In this document: positions 38,952 through 48,576 of the stretch, piece by piece | Position numbering within the stretch: position 1 is the first letter of the stretch | Layout: the number at the start of each line of letters is the position of its first letter | Source: Candidatus Hodarchaeota archaeon | GTDB lineage: Archaea; Asgardarchaeota; Heimdallarchaeia; Hodarchaeales; Hodarchaeaceae | Assembly: GCA_016840035.1 (NCBI GenBank) | Contig: JAEOTC010000076.1 | Location: 1-64,000 of the forward strand | Length of the DNA stretch: 64,000 nucleotides | Direction of reading: 5' to 3' | The notes under the pieces: generated by a model | Seen by the model: only the letters and a program-made list of their open reading frames with translations | What the model was told of the DNA's origin: nothing | Databases searched by the model: none | Position numbers and translations under genes: made by a program

Positions 38952-39722
38952 ATGTCCCCTTTAACTGAATTTAAAGCTGTGAAAGCATTTTTTATTTTTG
39001 AGAAGGATCAAGGTACAACACTCTTCACACGATCATACGAACGAAGCTCTACTGCTCCCGATGCACATCTAGTGGTGGCATTTCTAACCGCAATGTTTTC
39101 CTTTGCTAAAACAACTTCATTAAGTGACCTCCGCGTTGTTGATATGACTGATATTCGGTTTTCTTTTATTGAGAAAAATGGGCTAATTTTTGCAGTTTTA
39201 GTCTCCCCATTAGTATCTCCGCTAGATATCCAATTTAAATTGTCCACTATTGCGAGTTTATTTTTTTCTGACTACGGGGCAAAATTAGAATCAATAGATA
39301 TTGTCGACACGGAAATGTTTTCAAGTTTCAATGATTGTGTGGATGAAGTATTTACTGGGGAAACACGACAGATGCTTAAATCTTCAAAAAATGCGGCACT
39401 GTTTTACCTAAAAAAATTAGTTTCTAAAGAGGAAACGGGGGCGCGTGGTGCAATGATTTTATCTTTCACTGGTGATATACTCTTAGAATATAAGATGGAC
39501 CAACCACGTATGGCTGCTGCTATTCGTATACTAAATGTTGGAACATACATGACAAATCTCCGATATCTAGTTGTAGCTTCGGAGTCAACTCATTTAGTGG
39601 CGTATAAAATAAGTGAAGGATTACTGCTTGCCGTTGATGGTCACCCCTCATATGGATTAGAAGATCTTGTGGTAAATGTTTCAGAAACAGTCAAGCAGAT
39701 TAAGGAAATAATCCCTCATTAG
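38952..39722 (+). CDS. Longin + roadblock-like two-domain protein
   Basis: N-terminal FIFEKDQGTTLF..LVVAFLTAMFSFA; C-terminal GAMILSFTGDIL..LVAYKI..LLLAV. Confidence 0.7.
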   Translation: MSPLTEFKAVKAFFIFEKDQGTTLFTRSYERSSTAPDAHLVVAFLTAMFSFAKTTSLSDLRVVDMTDIRFSFIEKNGLIFAVLVSPLVSPLDIQFKLSTIASLFFSDYGAKLESIDIVDTEMFSSFNDCVDEVFTGETRQMLKSSKNAALFYLKKLVSKEETGARGAMILSFTGDILLEYKMDQPRMAAAIRILNVGTYMTNLRYLVVASESTHLVAYKISEGLLLAVDGHPSYGLEDLVVNVSETVKQIKEIIPH

Positions 39723-39876
39723 CCTTGAGACTTAAAAAATATCGGAACTAATAGGATAATTTTGATATCTTTAACAAAACCCTCAAGTAATGAGATCGAT
39801 CAGCATAAATTAGAACGATAAACAAGGTTCCTATCACCTTATATGTGAACTAACTAAGATTTAAAGGTGTACCCAG

Positions 39877-40353
39877 ATGGAAAATGCTTCTTTTTTTCAA
39901 CAACCCCCATTCAGTGAATTTCCGTTCAATACATTCCCCCAAATAATGGACAAGCTAGAATATCTCGGCCGTGATGAGGAACAAACACCATATGAAATTT
40001 CTCCAGGAACTGACCTGTGCATCAGTGATACATATTATTCATTAGGGTTTTTAACCTTTCTTTGCTCCTTTGGTAGGGTGAAAACCAATGATGGCAAATG
40101 GTTTTTGGATCCCAAAGGAAAACCTATTGCTGAAAAGCCGTATCGGTATGCCTTAATTTCTGATGCAGTCTCAATCCTAAAAGAACTATTGAAGGGAGCC
40201 AAAACTATAAAAGAGCTTGATGAATCGTTATCTACCTTGTCTACGGATGATATAACATTATATCTCAAGATTCTAAGTTTAATTACTCAAAAGGGGAAGG
40301 TTATTCAAGAAGCAAAGGGTTGGGACGCTACCTATGTACTTAAAGATTGGTAA
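39877..40353 (+). CDS. Hypothetical protein, putative winged helix
   Basis: AKTIKELDESL..ITLYLKIL...GKV pattern. Confidence 0.55.
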   Translation: MENASFFQQPPFSEFPFNTFPQIMDKLEYLGRDEEQTPYEISPGTDLCISDTYYSLGFLTFLCSFGRVKTNDGKWFLDPKGKPIAEKPYRYALISDAVSILKELLKGAKTIKELDESLSTLSTDDITLYLKILSLITQKGKVIQEAKGWDATYVLKDW

Positions 40354-40478
40354 GATTAATCTTTGAAGTTCCTCACATTAGCAATACTTACAATCACATT
40401 AGTCTAACTCCTTCAATGTATCCTAGTTCCTTTCAAGAGGAAATAAAAACACAATTTTACTTCAAATTTGGGATTATC

Positions 40479-41543
40479 ATGACCGATGTTGACTTAAATT
40501 CATTAAAACAAACCCAACGCGAACTTTCTGAAATTATTGGAGTCTCAGGATTTGAATTGCCTGTAGTTGAATATATTCAATCCAAAATTGAGAGCTTAGT
40601 TGATAAAGTTTGGATTGATCCCTTAGGTTCATTACTAGCTGTAAAAGAAGGAGAAAATCCTACGGAAAGGATTCTTCTTGATGCGCATGTGGATGAAATT
40701 GGATTTATGATTAGTTATATTGAACCAAAGGGATTTTTACGTTTTGTACCTATCGGAGGATGGGATACTCGAATTTTACTTGGACAATCAGTGAAGATCA
40801 TTGGAAAAAATAACCAGATATATGACGGAATAACGGGTTCTAAACCTCCTCATCTAACAACACAGAAGGAACGAGAAACAGCGGCAAAAATATCTGAGAT
40901 GTATATTGATACAGGAATGTCATCAGAACAGATTAAAGAAGCAGGAATTGATATTGGTTCCGTAGGAACCTTATATGATCCATTTCTTGAATTTCCCAAT
41001 GGTATGATTAGAGGGAAAGCTTTTGATGATAGAACGGGAGTGAATGTCCTGATTCATATCATCAAAGAATTTTCAAAACGAAATCATAATGATTCACTGC
41101 TTTTCAGCTTTACTATGGGAGAGGAAGTAGGAGGACGAGGCGCGGGTCCCGCTGCTTTTTCATTAGATCCAACAATGGCTGTAGCAATTGAAAATACAAC
41201 CGCGGCTGATGTTCCAGGAATTCGGGATTCCGAATGTCCAGCTTATATTGGTCGAGGGCCAGCGATTTCTATCGCAGATCGTTCGATGATTGCGCATGCT
41301 AAAGTCAATAAACGGTTAATTGAGAATGCAAAATACGAAAATATTCCATACCACATGAAAAAGCCAATTTTCGGGGGAACTAATGCTGGAATCATCCATA
41401 AAACACGAGCAGGTATTCCATCCTCCGTTGTTTCTGTACCGTGTCGATATATTCATTCACCAACATCCTTATTATTACTTAAGGATATTTATCACACAGT
41501 ACAGTTGCTATCAGCATTTATTAGAAATCCTAAATCGGTATAA
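40479..41543 (+). CDS. M42 (TET-like) aminopeptidase, second paralog
   Basis: DAHVDEIG; KAFDDR; EEVG; RYIHSP; start placed at ATG 40479. Confidence 0.9.
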   Translation: MTDVDLNSLKQTQRELSEIIGVSGFELPVVEYIQSKIESLVDKVWIDPLGSLLAVKEGENPTERILLDAHVDEIGFMISYIEPKGFLRFVPIGGWDTRILLGQSVKIIGKNNQIYDGITGSKPPHLTTQKERETAAKISEMYIDTGMSSEQIKEAGIDIGSVGTLYDPFLEFPNGMIRGKAFDDRTGVNVLIHIIKEFSKRNHNDSLLFSFTMGEEVGGRGAGPAAFSLDPTMAVAIENTTAADVPGIRDSECPAYIGRGPAISIADRSMIAHAKVNKRLIENAKYENIPYHMKKPIFGGTNAGIIHKTRAGIPSSVVSVPCRYIHSPTSLLLLKDIYHTVQLLSAFIRNPKSV

Positions 41544-41645
41544 CGGATAGAATTCGAATAAGGGCAATTTACGAGTTAATATGGGATGCAAAGGATCATA
41601 AGTAGTGAACAGACTTAAACTGGTAGTGAATGGAGATTAGCTGGA

Positions 41646-44012
41646 ATGACTGAAGAATCGGTAATTTGGGATTTAAAGGATATTAAGAGTAAAGATACGG
41701 AAATAAAGTGGACTGCTGTTAATAATCTGAGTAAATTCTTAACTGATAACCCCGAAAATTTTCGTTCCCGGATGATCATTAAATCATTTCTAACCATGAT
41801 AAATGATCCTCATGATGGAATCCGTGAAACCATTTTCTCAACTTTAATGCGAAAACTTCAACCAAAGCAAATTGAGGGACTCATTAAGCGTGGGTTGGAA
41901 GATTCAAGTCCAAGTATACGGTCCTTAAGTTTAGAATGGTTAAATACGACAAATCACAATACTATTACTACTCAAGCTATAGCTAGCTTACAAGATCCAA
42001 GTGAAGCAGTACGGAAAATCGCTTTAGATATTGTAATAGCACGGGATATAAAGGGAGTTGAACAGAGATTATTGGAACTCCTTAGAAAGGAGAAAGGTGG
42101 ATTACGTAGGACTGTTATTTATGCTTTAGGGAAAATGCAGACTGTTGAAGCAGTAGGCACTCTTGTTGAAATAATGAGAAATCAAGAGTTTGATGATTGG
42201 ACTAGAAATCAAGCTAGTTCGGCATTGGAGCATTTAGGAGGGAAAGAATTAATAATTCCCTTTATTGGAAATTTAATTGACGAGAATGATTATGTTCGTC
42301 AAACTGCAGCCGCTTTTTTAAAGAAGAATGAAGCTGATGTGCTTTCCGTCATCTTGAATCAAGCTAAATTGGATTATGTTGCTCTTCTTCAGCATGCAAC
42401 GTCAACTACAAAGCAGGACTTTAGTGGAGTGATAAAAACTCTAACAACTCAAATGGCTACTACGATACTTTCTCTTACAGATCAGCTTCAGGGGCGCGAG
42501 CAATTCTCAATACATACTTTATCTGAAGAATGGGGGGCCTCACCAATTGCAGTACGTATTATTCTTAGCAATTTCCTTGATCTTAGACTCTTTCCCCAAC
42601 AAGAAGACAAATTTTACACTGAATTAGGATTAAAGAACATTCTAATCAAGGAAGTTCAAGAAAGAAATTCTCTTGATCTTAAAAGTATAAAGAAAGAGTC
42701 TCCTTTTGATACAATAGAACTTGAGGTTATTAAAGAAATATTAGGATCCATTGATACTATTCAATGTGTTTTCATGAATTTATATGTCAGTAGACAAACG
42801 TTTATGGAGATTTCCGAAGAATTCAAAGCTAGCGGCCAATTACCCCTCAAAACAATAAGTGACAAAGTGAATCAACCTCTAGAAATCGTTACAGAGGAAT
42901 TTACAAAAGGTTTGATTCCCTCCGATGAGGGATGGATTAATAATCAAGGCGAATTTCTTACTCTCAAATTTATCGGTCAAAAGGTTCAAGAATCTCTTTC
43001 AAAATATCATATTATTGGCATAAAACCATTCTTACATAGCTTAGGGGAACCTAATGTTGATCATGCTGTATTGAGGAGGATTATTGAACGACATTCTGCT
43101 GGAAAGTGGTTAAATGACATTCAAGTTTATATCACTGCAGATGAGTTCAAGGAGATTGAAGAAAATTCGGTTAGAATTGATGAAGAAATTGTTAGGCATC
43201 TACTCGAGCCTATAGACATGAAATTTCCAGTCTTTCTGGAAAGCTTACAAAAAGTTCTTGAAATAAGCACATATCAATCTTCAGGGGGACAGTTAATATC
43301 ACTAGAAAGTCTTTACCCCCTTATTCAGCAGGAAATCAAGGAGAAGAGATATTTACCTCTAGATGGGTTTTTGGAGAGTAATGCTTTGGAATTAAATGTA
43401 AAACCTGTGATCCTTGAGTATTTAAATCAGAATTACCAGGGTAGGACTGATAATAATTCCGTCTACTTCTTTACAAATGATGTTTTAAGGGATGTACAAA
43501 CAGAGTTTCAAAACAAGACCCGTGTAAATTATAGTGTACTTGGGTTTAAACTGAATTTACCTATTGAGATTTTACAACAAATTATTATTGAAATTCTTAA
43601 AATTTCAGGAATTCACAATAACCTTGGAGAATTCATTACTCTTGACGGTGTTAGGAACGAATATAAGCAAATTATCACCCATAAAGCAGAGTTCCCTTTA
43701 ATCACCCTCCATGAAATCTTAGAAGTTATCGAGAATCAAAAAGCAATCAAAGCAATCGCCGACATTATAAAAAAGGATCCAGCAATTTATTTGTCTGTAA
43801 ATGAAAAGCAAGTCTGGACAAATCGTCGTGCGATCGAAATTGTCAACAGATTTTTGAAAAATCCCTCAAATTTAACCAGAAAGTCAATTTCTCTTTCAGA
43901 AATTAGCCAAGAAACAGAAGTATCTCGATCTGACCTCGCCAATATCATTAATACGCTCACAGAGAAAAATCTAGTGCGTGGAAGAATAAAGAAGAATAAA
44001 TACGTCCAATAG
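41646..44012 (+). CDS. HEAT-repeat protein with a tandem winged-helix array
   Basis: D..P.(I/V)R..A HEAT repeats to about aa 230; repeated G.F.T..(I/V) units afterwards. Confidence 0.75.
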   Translation: MTEESVIWDLKDIKSKDTEIKWTAVNNLSKFLTDNPENFRSRMIIKSFLTMINDPHDGIRETIFSTLMRKLQPKQIEGLIKRGLEDSSPSIRSLSLEWLNTTNHNTITTQAIASLQDPSEAVRKIALDIVIARDIKGVEQRLLELLRKEKGGLRRTVIYALGKMQTVEAVGTLVEIMRNQEFDDWTRNQASSALEHLGGKELIIPFIGNLIDENDYVRQTAAAFLKKNEADVLSVILNQAKLDYVALLQHATSTTKQDFSGVIKTLTTQMATTILSLTDQLQGREQFSIHTLSEEWGASPIAVRIILSNFLDLRLFPQQEDKFYTELGLKNILIKEVQERNSLDLKSIKKESPFDTIELEVIKEILGSIDTIQCVFMNLYVSRQTFMEISEEFKASGQLPLKTISDKVNQPLEIVTEEFTKGLIPSDEGWINNQGEFLTLKFIGQKVQESLSKYHIIGIKPFLHSLGEPNVDHAVLRRIIERHSAGKWLNDIQVYITADEFKEIEENSVRIDEEIVRHLLEPIDMKFPVFLESLQKVLEISTYQSSGGQLISLESLYPLIQQEIKEKRYLPLDGFLESNALELNVKPVILEYLNQNYQGRTDNNSVYFFTNDVLRDVQTEFQNKTRVNYSVLGFKLNLPIEILQQIIIEILKISGIHNNLGEFITLDGVRNEYKQIITHKAEFPLITLHEILEVIENQKAIKAIADIIKKDPAIYLSVNEKQVWTNRRAIEIVNRFLKNPSNLTRKSISLSEISQETEVSRSDLANIINTLTEKNLVRGRIKKNKYVQ

Positions 44013-44029
44013 ATTCTCCTGAAGGGATA

Positions 44030-44755
44030 TTGAAGAAAATGAGTACACCTCTACATATAATTGTCGATCATCGAGAACCTCCAGAAATCAAAAAGAGATT
44101 AAAAAAACTAGGCATGGAGATAAAGGAAGAGCAGTTGGATATTGCGGATTACGTCCTTTCTGAAACTGTTGCTTGTGAACGAAAAACAGGGGTAGATTTA
44201 ATTTCTTCAATTATGGATAATCGCCTGTTTGAACAAATAGATCGGTTAATTGACACCTATGAGCAGCCTGTATTAATTTTAGAAAATCTAGAATTAGCTT
44301 TCGAGCGTACTGAATGGAAAAAAAGAAAAAAGCATGTTTTTGGCGCGTTAACATATATTTTTTTGCGGAGACAAGTTCCTGTTGTACCCACAACACGAAA
44401 AAGTGAAACAGCGATTCTATTAAATCGAATTGCATCATGGACTCAGGAGGAGAAGACTGATCCACTAATCGCACGTAAGTCTCCAAAAAAACGTACTCTA
44501 AGAGATGATCAGCTTTTCTTTCTTCAAGGATTGTATAACACTGGCCAAAAGAAGGGAGAAATTTTATTAGATTCATTTGGAAATAGTCCGGAAGAAGTAT
44601 TAAATTCAATTCTTACAACTGATGTTTTATATACTAAAACAGGTAATCCTAAAGGGCTTGAAGGGCCAATGAAAGGAATTGAGGGATTTGGACCAAAATA
44701 TGTTTTGAGTAATCAGCGACTACTCCGTACATCAAACAATGAAAAATCGGATTAA
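44030..44755 (+). CDS. xpf: ERCC4-domain structure-specific endonuclease (short XPF)
   Basis: IIVDHRE; DY..VACERKT..DL.SSI.D.RLFEQ; HhH motifs. Confidence 0.88.
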   Translation: MKKMSTPLHIIVDHREPPEIKKRLKKLGMEIKEEQLDIADYVLSETVACERKTGVDLISSIMDNRLFEQIDRLIDTYEQPVLILENLELAFERTEWKKRKKHVFGALTYIFLRRQVPVVPTTRKSETAILLNRIASWTQEEKTDPLIARKSPKKRTLRDDQLFFLQGLYNTGQKKGEILLDSFGNSPEEVLNSILTTDVLYTKTGNPKGLEGPMKGIEGFGPKYVLSNQRLLRTSNNEKSD

Positions 44756-44774
44756 CTCCCAAATTCTCTCATTA

Positions 44775-45038
44775 TCAATCCCAAACGTACCGAGCAGAGT
44801 CATATCTTGATCCTTGTGTACTTAATTCCTGATTAACAAAATGAAACATGCTTAGAATACATTCCTGCGGTTGATTTTCGGTACAAATTGATATCCATGT
44901 GCAATCTAATTCACAAAAAGGAAAAGGAATGATCTTTAACTTTTTCCTAAGTCGTTTTAATTCAGATAACAGAAGACTGTGTGTTGTACTTTGAGGCCTA
45001 GCTGTTTCCCTAAAATCAAGTTTTAAATCGGTATGCAT
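44775..45038 (-). CDS. Small hypothetical protein with Cys residues
   Basis: 87-aa ORF filling an intergenic gap; no family recognised. Confidence 0.3.
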   Translation of the reverse strand: MHTDLKLDFRETARPQSTTHSLLLSELKRLRKKLKIIPFPFCELDCTWISICTENQPQECILSMFHFVNQELSTQGSRYDSARYVWD

Positions 45039-45158
45039 TACACAATCAATACTATAGAGAAATCTAGGGTTTATAAAAACTCCTATGATTCTTATATAGG
45101 ATCAAACAGAGAGAGATCACCGATTATGACGAAAATGAACTTATCCTATCTTGAAAAT

Positions 45159-45965
45159 CTACTTGGGCATTTCATAGCTATAGCTAAGATCAGGAAAAGT
45201 ACCCTCGCGAACCTCTTTGTTATATTCCTTAACTGCGGACAAAATTTGTTCTTTAAGATTCGCATATCTCTTAACAAACTTCGCCTTGAAGTCAAAGTAA
45301 CCTAGCATATCATAAGTTACAAGCACCTGGCCTGAACAATGAGGACCAGCTCCAATCCCGATCGTTGGGATAGAGATAGCTTCAGTTATTTCCTTGGCCA
45401 CTTCCCATGGTATTGCTTCTAATACTAACGAAAAAATACCTGCTTCCTCTAATATACGAGCTTCCTCCACTAGCTTGTTTGCGGTTTCTTCTGATCTCCC
45501 TTGAACTTTGAATCCGCCGAATTTGTGATAAGATTGGGGAGTTAATCCTAAATGCCCCATTACGGGAATCCCCGCGTCAAGTATACCCTCAATCGCGGAA
45601 ACTCGTTCGCTTCCCCCTTCTAGTTTGATAGCTTCAGCATTCCCTAATTGTACTAATTTTATCGAATTTTTTATTGCTTCTTCACGAGAAACTTGAAATG
45701 TACCAAATGGGAGGTCTCCCACTACCATTGCAGACTTCGCTCCTCTTGATACAGCCTGCGTGTTTCGAATTGAATCTTCAAGAGTGACTTTAAGAGTAGT
45801 CTTTTGACCATAAACCACCATTCCAGCAGTATCTCCTGGAAGTAAGATATCAGTACCTGCTTCGTCAAGAATAGAAGCCATCACATAATCATACGCAGTT
45901 AACATTGTAATTTTTGCATCAGATTCATACAAATCCATTATATCTATTACAGTTTTCTTTTTCAA
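45159..45965 (-). CDS. panB: Ketopantoate hydroxymethyltransferase
   Basis: MLTAYD; DLPFG; KLEGG; GHLGLTPQ; TIGIGAG..CSGQVLV. Confidence 0.95.
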   Translation of the reverse strand: MKKKTVIDIMDLYESDAKITMLTAYDYVMASILDEAGTDILLPGDTAGMVVYGQKTTLKVTLEDSIRNTQAVSRGAKSAMVVGDLPFGTFQVSREEAIKNSIKLVQLGNAEAIKLEGGSERVSAIEGILDAGIPVMGHLGLTPQSYHKFGGFKVQGRSEETANKLVEEARILEEAGIFSLVLEAIPWEVAKEITEAISIPTIGIGAGPHCSGQVLVTYDMLGYFDFKAKFVKRYANLKEQILSAVKEYNKEVREGTFPDLSYSYEMPK

Positions 45966-45974
45966 TTTGTCACC

Positions 45975-46757
45975 TCACTTTAACATTAGATCACTTGTAG
46001 CAAGAGCTTTTAATCGCTCAGACATAAACAGCAGCGCCTCCTGTAACAGTTTTTCATTATTATACTGTTCTAATCTCTTCTTTAACTCTGTTTTAGAGAG
46101 TAGGGTCATGTCCTTAGTAATCTTGATCATCTCAGGAACAGAACGTATGATATTATTAGTAATGGAAACGGTAGCTGTTAACGATGTCCTAGATAATGGG
46201 TTAAGGTCGACAGTCACTACCGATTTACCTAAGCGTTTCAAGGCTTGAGCGCGGTCTCCATCTTCCAATGGAACAAAAACACAATCTGAAGTCGATATAC
46301 CCCGAGAATCGACTATACGTCTAAGATGAGATAATTCTTCAATGGTATCTTGATAGTCTGGATCCAGACCTAAGATTATATCAGCCCCCGCATCAATTAA
46401 TGTCTTCTTAATGGCTTGTTCCCTTTCCTGTGACCGATAAAATAAATTAATCTCGAGTGGAGCGTTAAGAAGCTTACCAAGAACGACCGTTTCCTCGGGG
46501 CACATTGCTGCAAGATTACCATTAACAGAAATTATTGGATTCTCAGCTTGAAGCATTGTCAAAACGGCAAATTCCTGTTGTCGCATCGCAAAAGGGGGTG
46601 ATCTTTCACCTAGTAAATAATCAAATGCTTCGCCTCTTCCATGAGCTATTAATCCGGCTTCAGCAACCACTTTTTGATGCATTCCTTTTATGATAGCTTC
46701 TCGAATGGTTAATGATAAATATCTTGGATGATCTTTCGGTATTTCATGATCTGGCAT
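45975..46757 (-). CDS. pps: 4-phosphopantoate--beta-alanine ligase (archaeal PPS)
   Basis: IP.DHPRY.SL; IAHGRGEAFDYLLGE; ISVNGN; VPLEDGDR; DLNPLSRT. Confidence 0.93.
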   Translation of the reverse strand: MPDHEIPKDHPRYLSLTIREAIIKGMHQKVVAEAGLIAHGRGEAFDYLLGERSPPFAMRQQEFAVLTMLQAENPIISVNGNLAAMCPEETVVLGKLLNAPLEINLFYRSQEREQAIKKTLIDAGADIILGLDPDYQDTIEELSHLRRIVDSRGISTSDCVFVPLEDGDRAQALKRLGKSVVTVDLNPLSRTSLTATVSITNNIIRSVPEMIKITKDMTLLSKTELKKRLEQYNNEKLLQEALLFMSERLKALATSDLMLK

Positions 46758-47641
46758 CAGTTTAACCTCAATAATGTCTGCTCACAAATCTCCTCTGGTT
46801 GAATTGAATTTGACATCTGAGCGACTTCTTCTAGCTCTTCTTTCCTATGATAAAATAGCAATAATCCGTCTCCAAGCATTATCTGACCACCAATCACACC
46901 TGGTGGTAGATTATCGACGAGGGATTGAACCTGTGGAGACCATAATTGCACTTTTCGAGAGAATTCCGCAATATATTGAATAAATAGATCAAATTCTGGA
47001 TTTTCAATTAGACTATCTATCAGTTTAGAACTTGCTGTATTAATCAATTCCCGCCTTTTTGGATTAGTAATAACTGATGCAGTTGAAAGTGTTCCAAAGG
47101 AAATAGTAGCGATTTTCCAATCATCATTTTTCTGCATACCAATGGTCTTCCCGTAACCTGGAGCTCCCTCTTTAGTACGAATTTCCAATCCTCCTTGATA
47201 TAATCCAATCACATCACCCAATCCTGATCGTGTTAGGATTTCAGCCTCATGTGCAACTTGAAATAGTTTAAGATCACTGAATCCAAGGTTAAAATATTTA
47301 TTGATACAAAAAGCAGTTCCCAATGCACCCGCAGCAGAAGCTCCAAAACCACTACTCAGGGGAACATCAAATTTATGATTTATACAAAAATTCATCTGGT
47401 CTTTTTTTGAGAGTAGTAAATCAATTACCTTTAGGGTTATTATAGCATTAGATATGGGTTGTAAGTTTCCATTGAATTTTACTTTAACAGAAGGACTTTC
47501 AGATTCCTGTATAGACGTTGTTACACCCCTTTGTATGGATAGTCCAGCACCTCTTGATCCAATCTCAAGAGAATTGGTATACTGGTCATTTATTTCAAAG
47601 AGGCCTGTTATATGGGATGCAACCCAGAATTCTGTACACAT
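46757..47641 (-). CDS. pok: Pantoate kinase (GHMP family)
   Basis: HITGLF; GSRGAG; PLSSGFGASAA; AHEAE..SGLGDV. Confidence 0.9.
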   Translation of the reverse strand: MCTEFWVASHITGLFEINDQYTNSLEIGSRGAGLSIQRGVTTSIQESESPSVKVKFNGNLQPISNAIITLKVIDLLLSKKDQMNFCINHKFDVPLSSGFGASAAGALGTAFCINKYFNLGFSDLKLFQVAHEAEILTRSGLGDVIGLYQGGLEIRTKEGAPGYGKTIGMQKNDDWKIATISFGTLSTASVITNPKRRELINTASSKLIDSLIENPEFDLFIQYIAEFSRKVQLWSPQVQSLVDNLPPGVIGGQIMLGDGLLLFYHRKEELEEVAQMSNSIQPEEICEQTLLRLN

Positions 47642-47658
47642 CGTATTATTAACCCAGT

Positions 47659-48576
47659 CTATGGATGATTTCGCTCAAGATGCCTAATAATATCTGTAAT
47701 AGCTAAATTAACAGGAGCGTTCATTCCATGAACTCGACTTGCATTGGCAATATATCCATTAATGTAATCAATCTCTGTTCGTCGCCCTCGTTCAATATCT
47801 TGAAGCATACTACACTTATTATCTTTTGTCTTATTAATAACTTCTTTTATAAAGTCAGGAGAGCTAGAAAAATCTTCATTTGGAAGAAGATGTTTGGCCA
47901 GTACCATACCCTCTTCTAGAATGGCATCAAAGATTCGTACAAAGGAGGGTCTATTTAAAATTTCCCCATTCTTTGCGTGAAGTATTGTTCCAAGAGGGCA
48001 GATTGCAGCGTTTGCTAGAAGCTTATACCACATTTTTCGTTGAATATTCTGAGTTTCTTTTATATCGAAACCCGATGAGGATAGAATTTTTTCCACCTGA
48101 CGGCTAAATCCGTTTCCTTCTCCAGAAACAATTCCAAAAGAAGTCTTTCCAAATGCGACATGTTTAACTACTGCTGGTTGTAACAGTTCTGCCGCTTCTG
48201 TGGTAACAGCGCGGTAAATTGGATTCTCAGGCAATGTTTCCTTGAACACTTCTTCATTTCCCATCCCGTTTTGAATTATAAATATTGGAGTTTCTCTACC
48301 TATATTATTAGATAAGGATTTAGCAACTGTTTGATTATCGTAAGCTTTAGTGGTTACGAAAAGAGCATCCGAATTGTGTTTACTTGGATGGAATTCTGTG
48401 TCAGCAGGGAAAAATGAGACAATATTTGAATCATCTTCTAAGATTGTAAGTCCTTTCTCCTGGATTGTTTTCACATGATCCTTTCTCCCCACTACGTCTA
48501 CATCAAAGCCCGAAAACGCCACTCTCCCTGCAAATAAGGAACCAATGCTTCCTGCACCAATCACAGATATATTCAT
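47659..48576 (-). CDS. panE: Ketopantoate reductase
   Basis: GAGSIG; KAYD; QNGMG; W.KL..N; SMLQD..GRRTEIDYING. Confidence 0.93.
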   Translation of the reverse strand: MNISVIGAGSIGSLFAGRVAFSGFDVDVVGRKDHVKTIQEKGLTILEDDSNIVSFFPADTEFHPSKHNSDALFVTTKAYDNQTVAKSLSNNIGRETPIFIIQNGMGNEEVFKETLPENPIYRAVTTEAAELLQPAVVKHVAFGKTSFGIVSGEGNGFSRQVEKILSSSGFDIKETQNIQRKMWYKLLANAAICPLGTILHAKNGEILNRPSFVRIFDAILEEGMVLAKHLLPNEDFSSSPDFIKEVINKTKDNKCSMLQDIERGRRTEIDYINGYIANASRVHGMNAPVNLAITDIIRHLERNHP

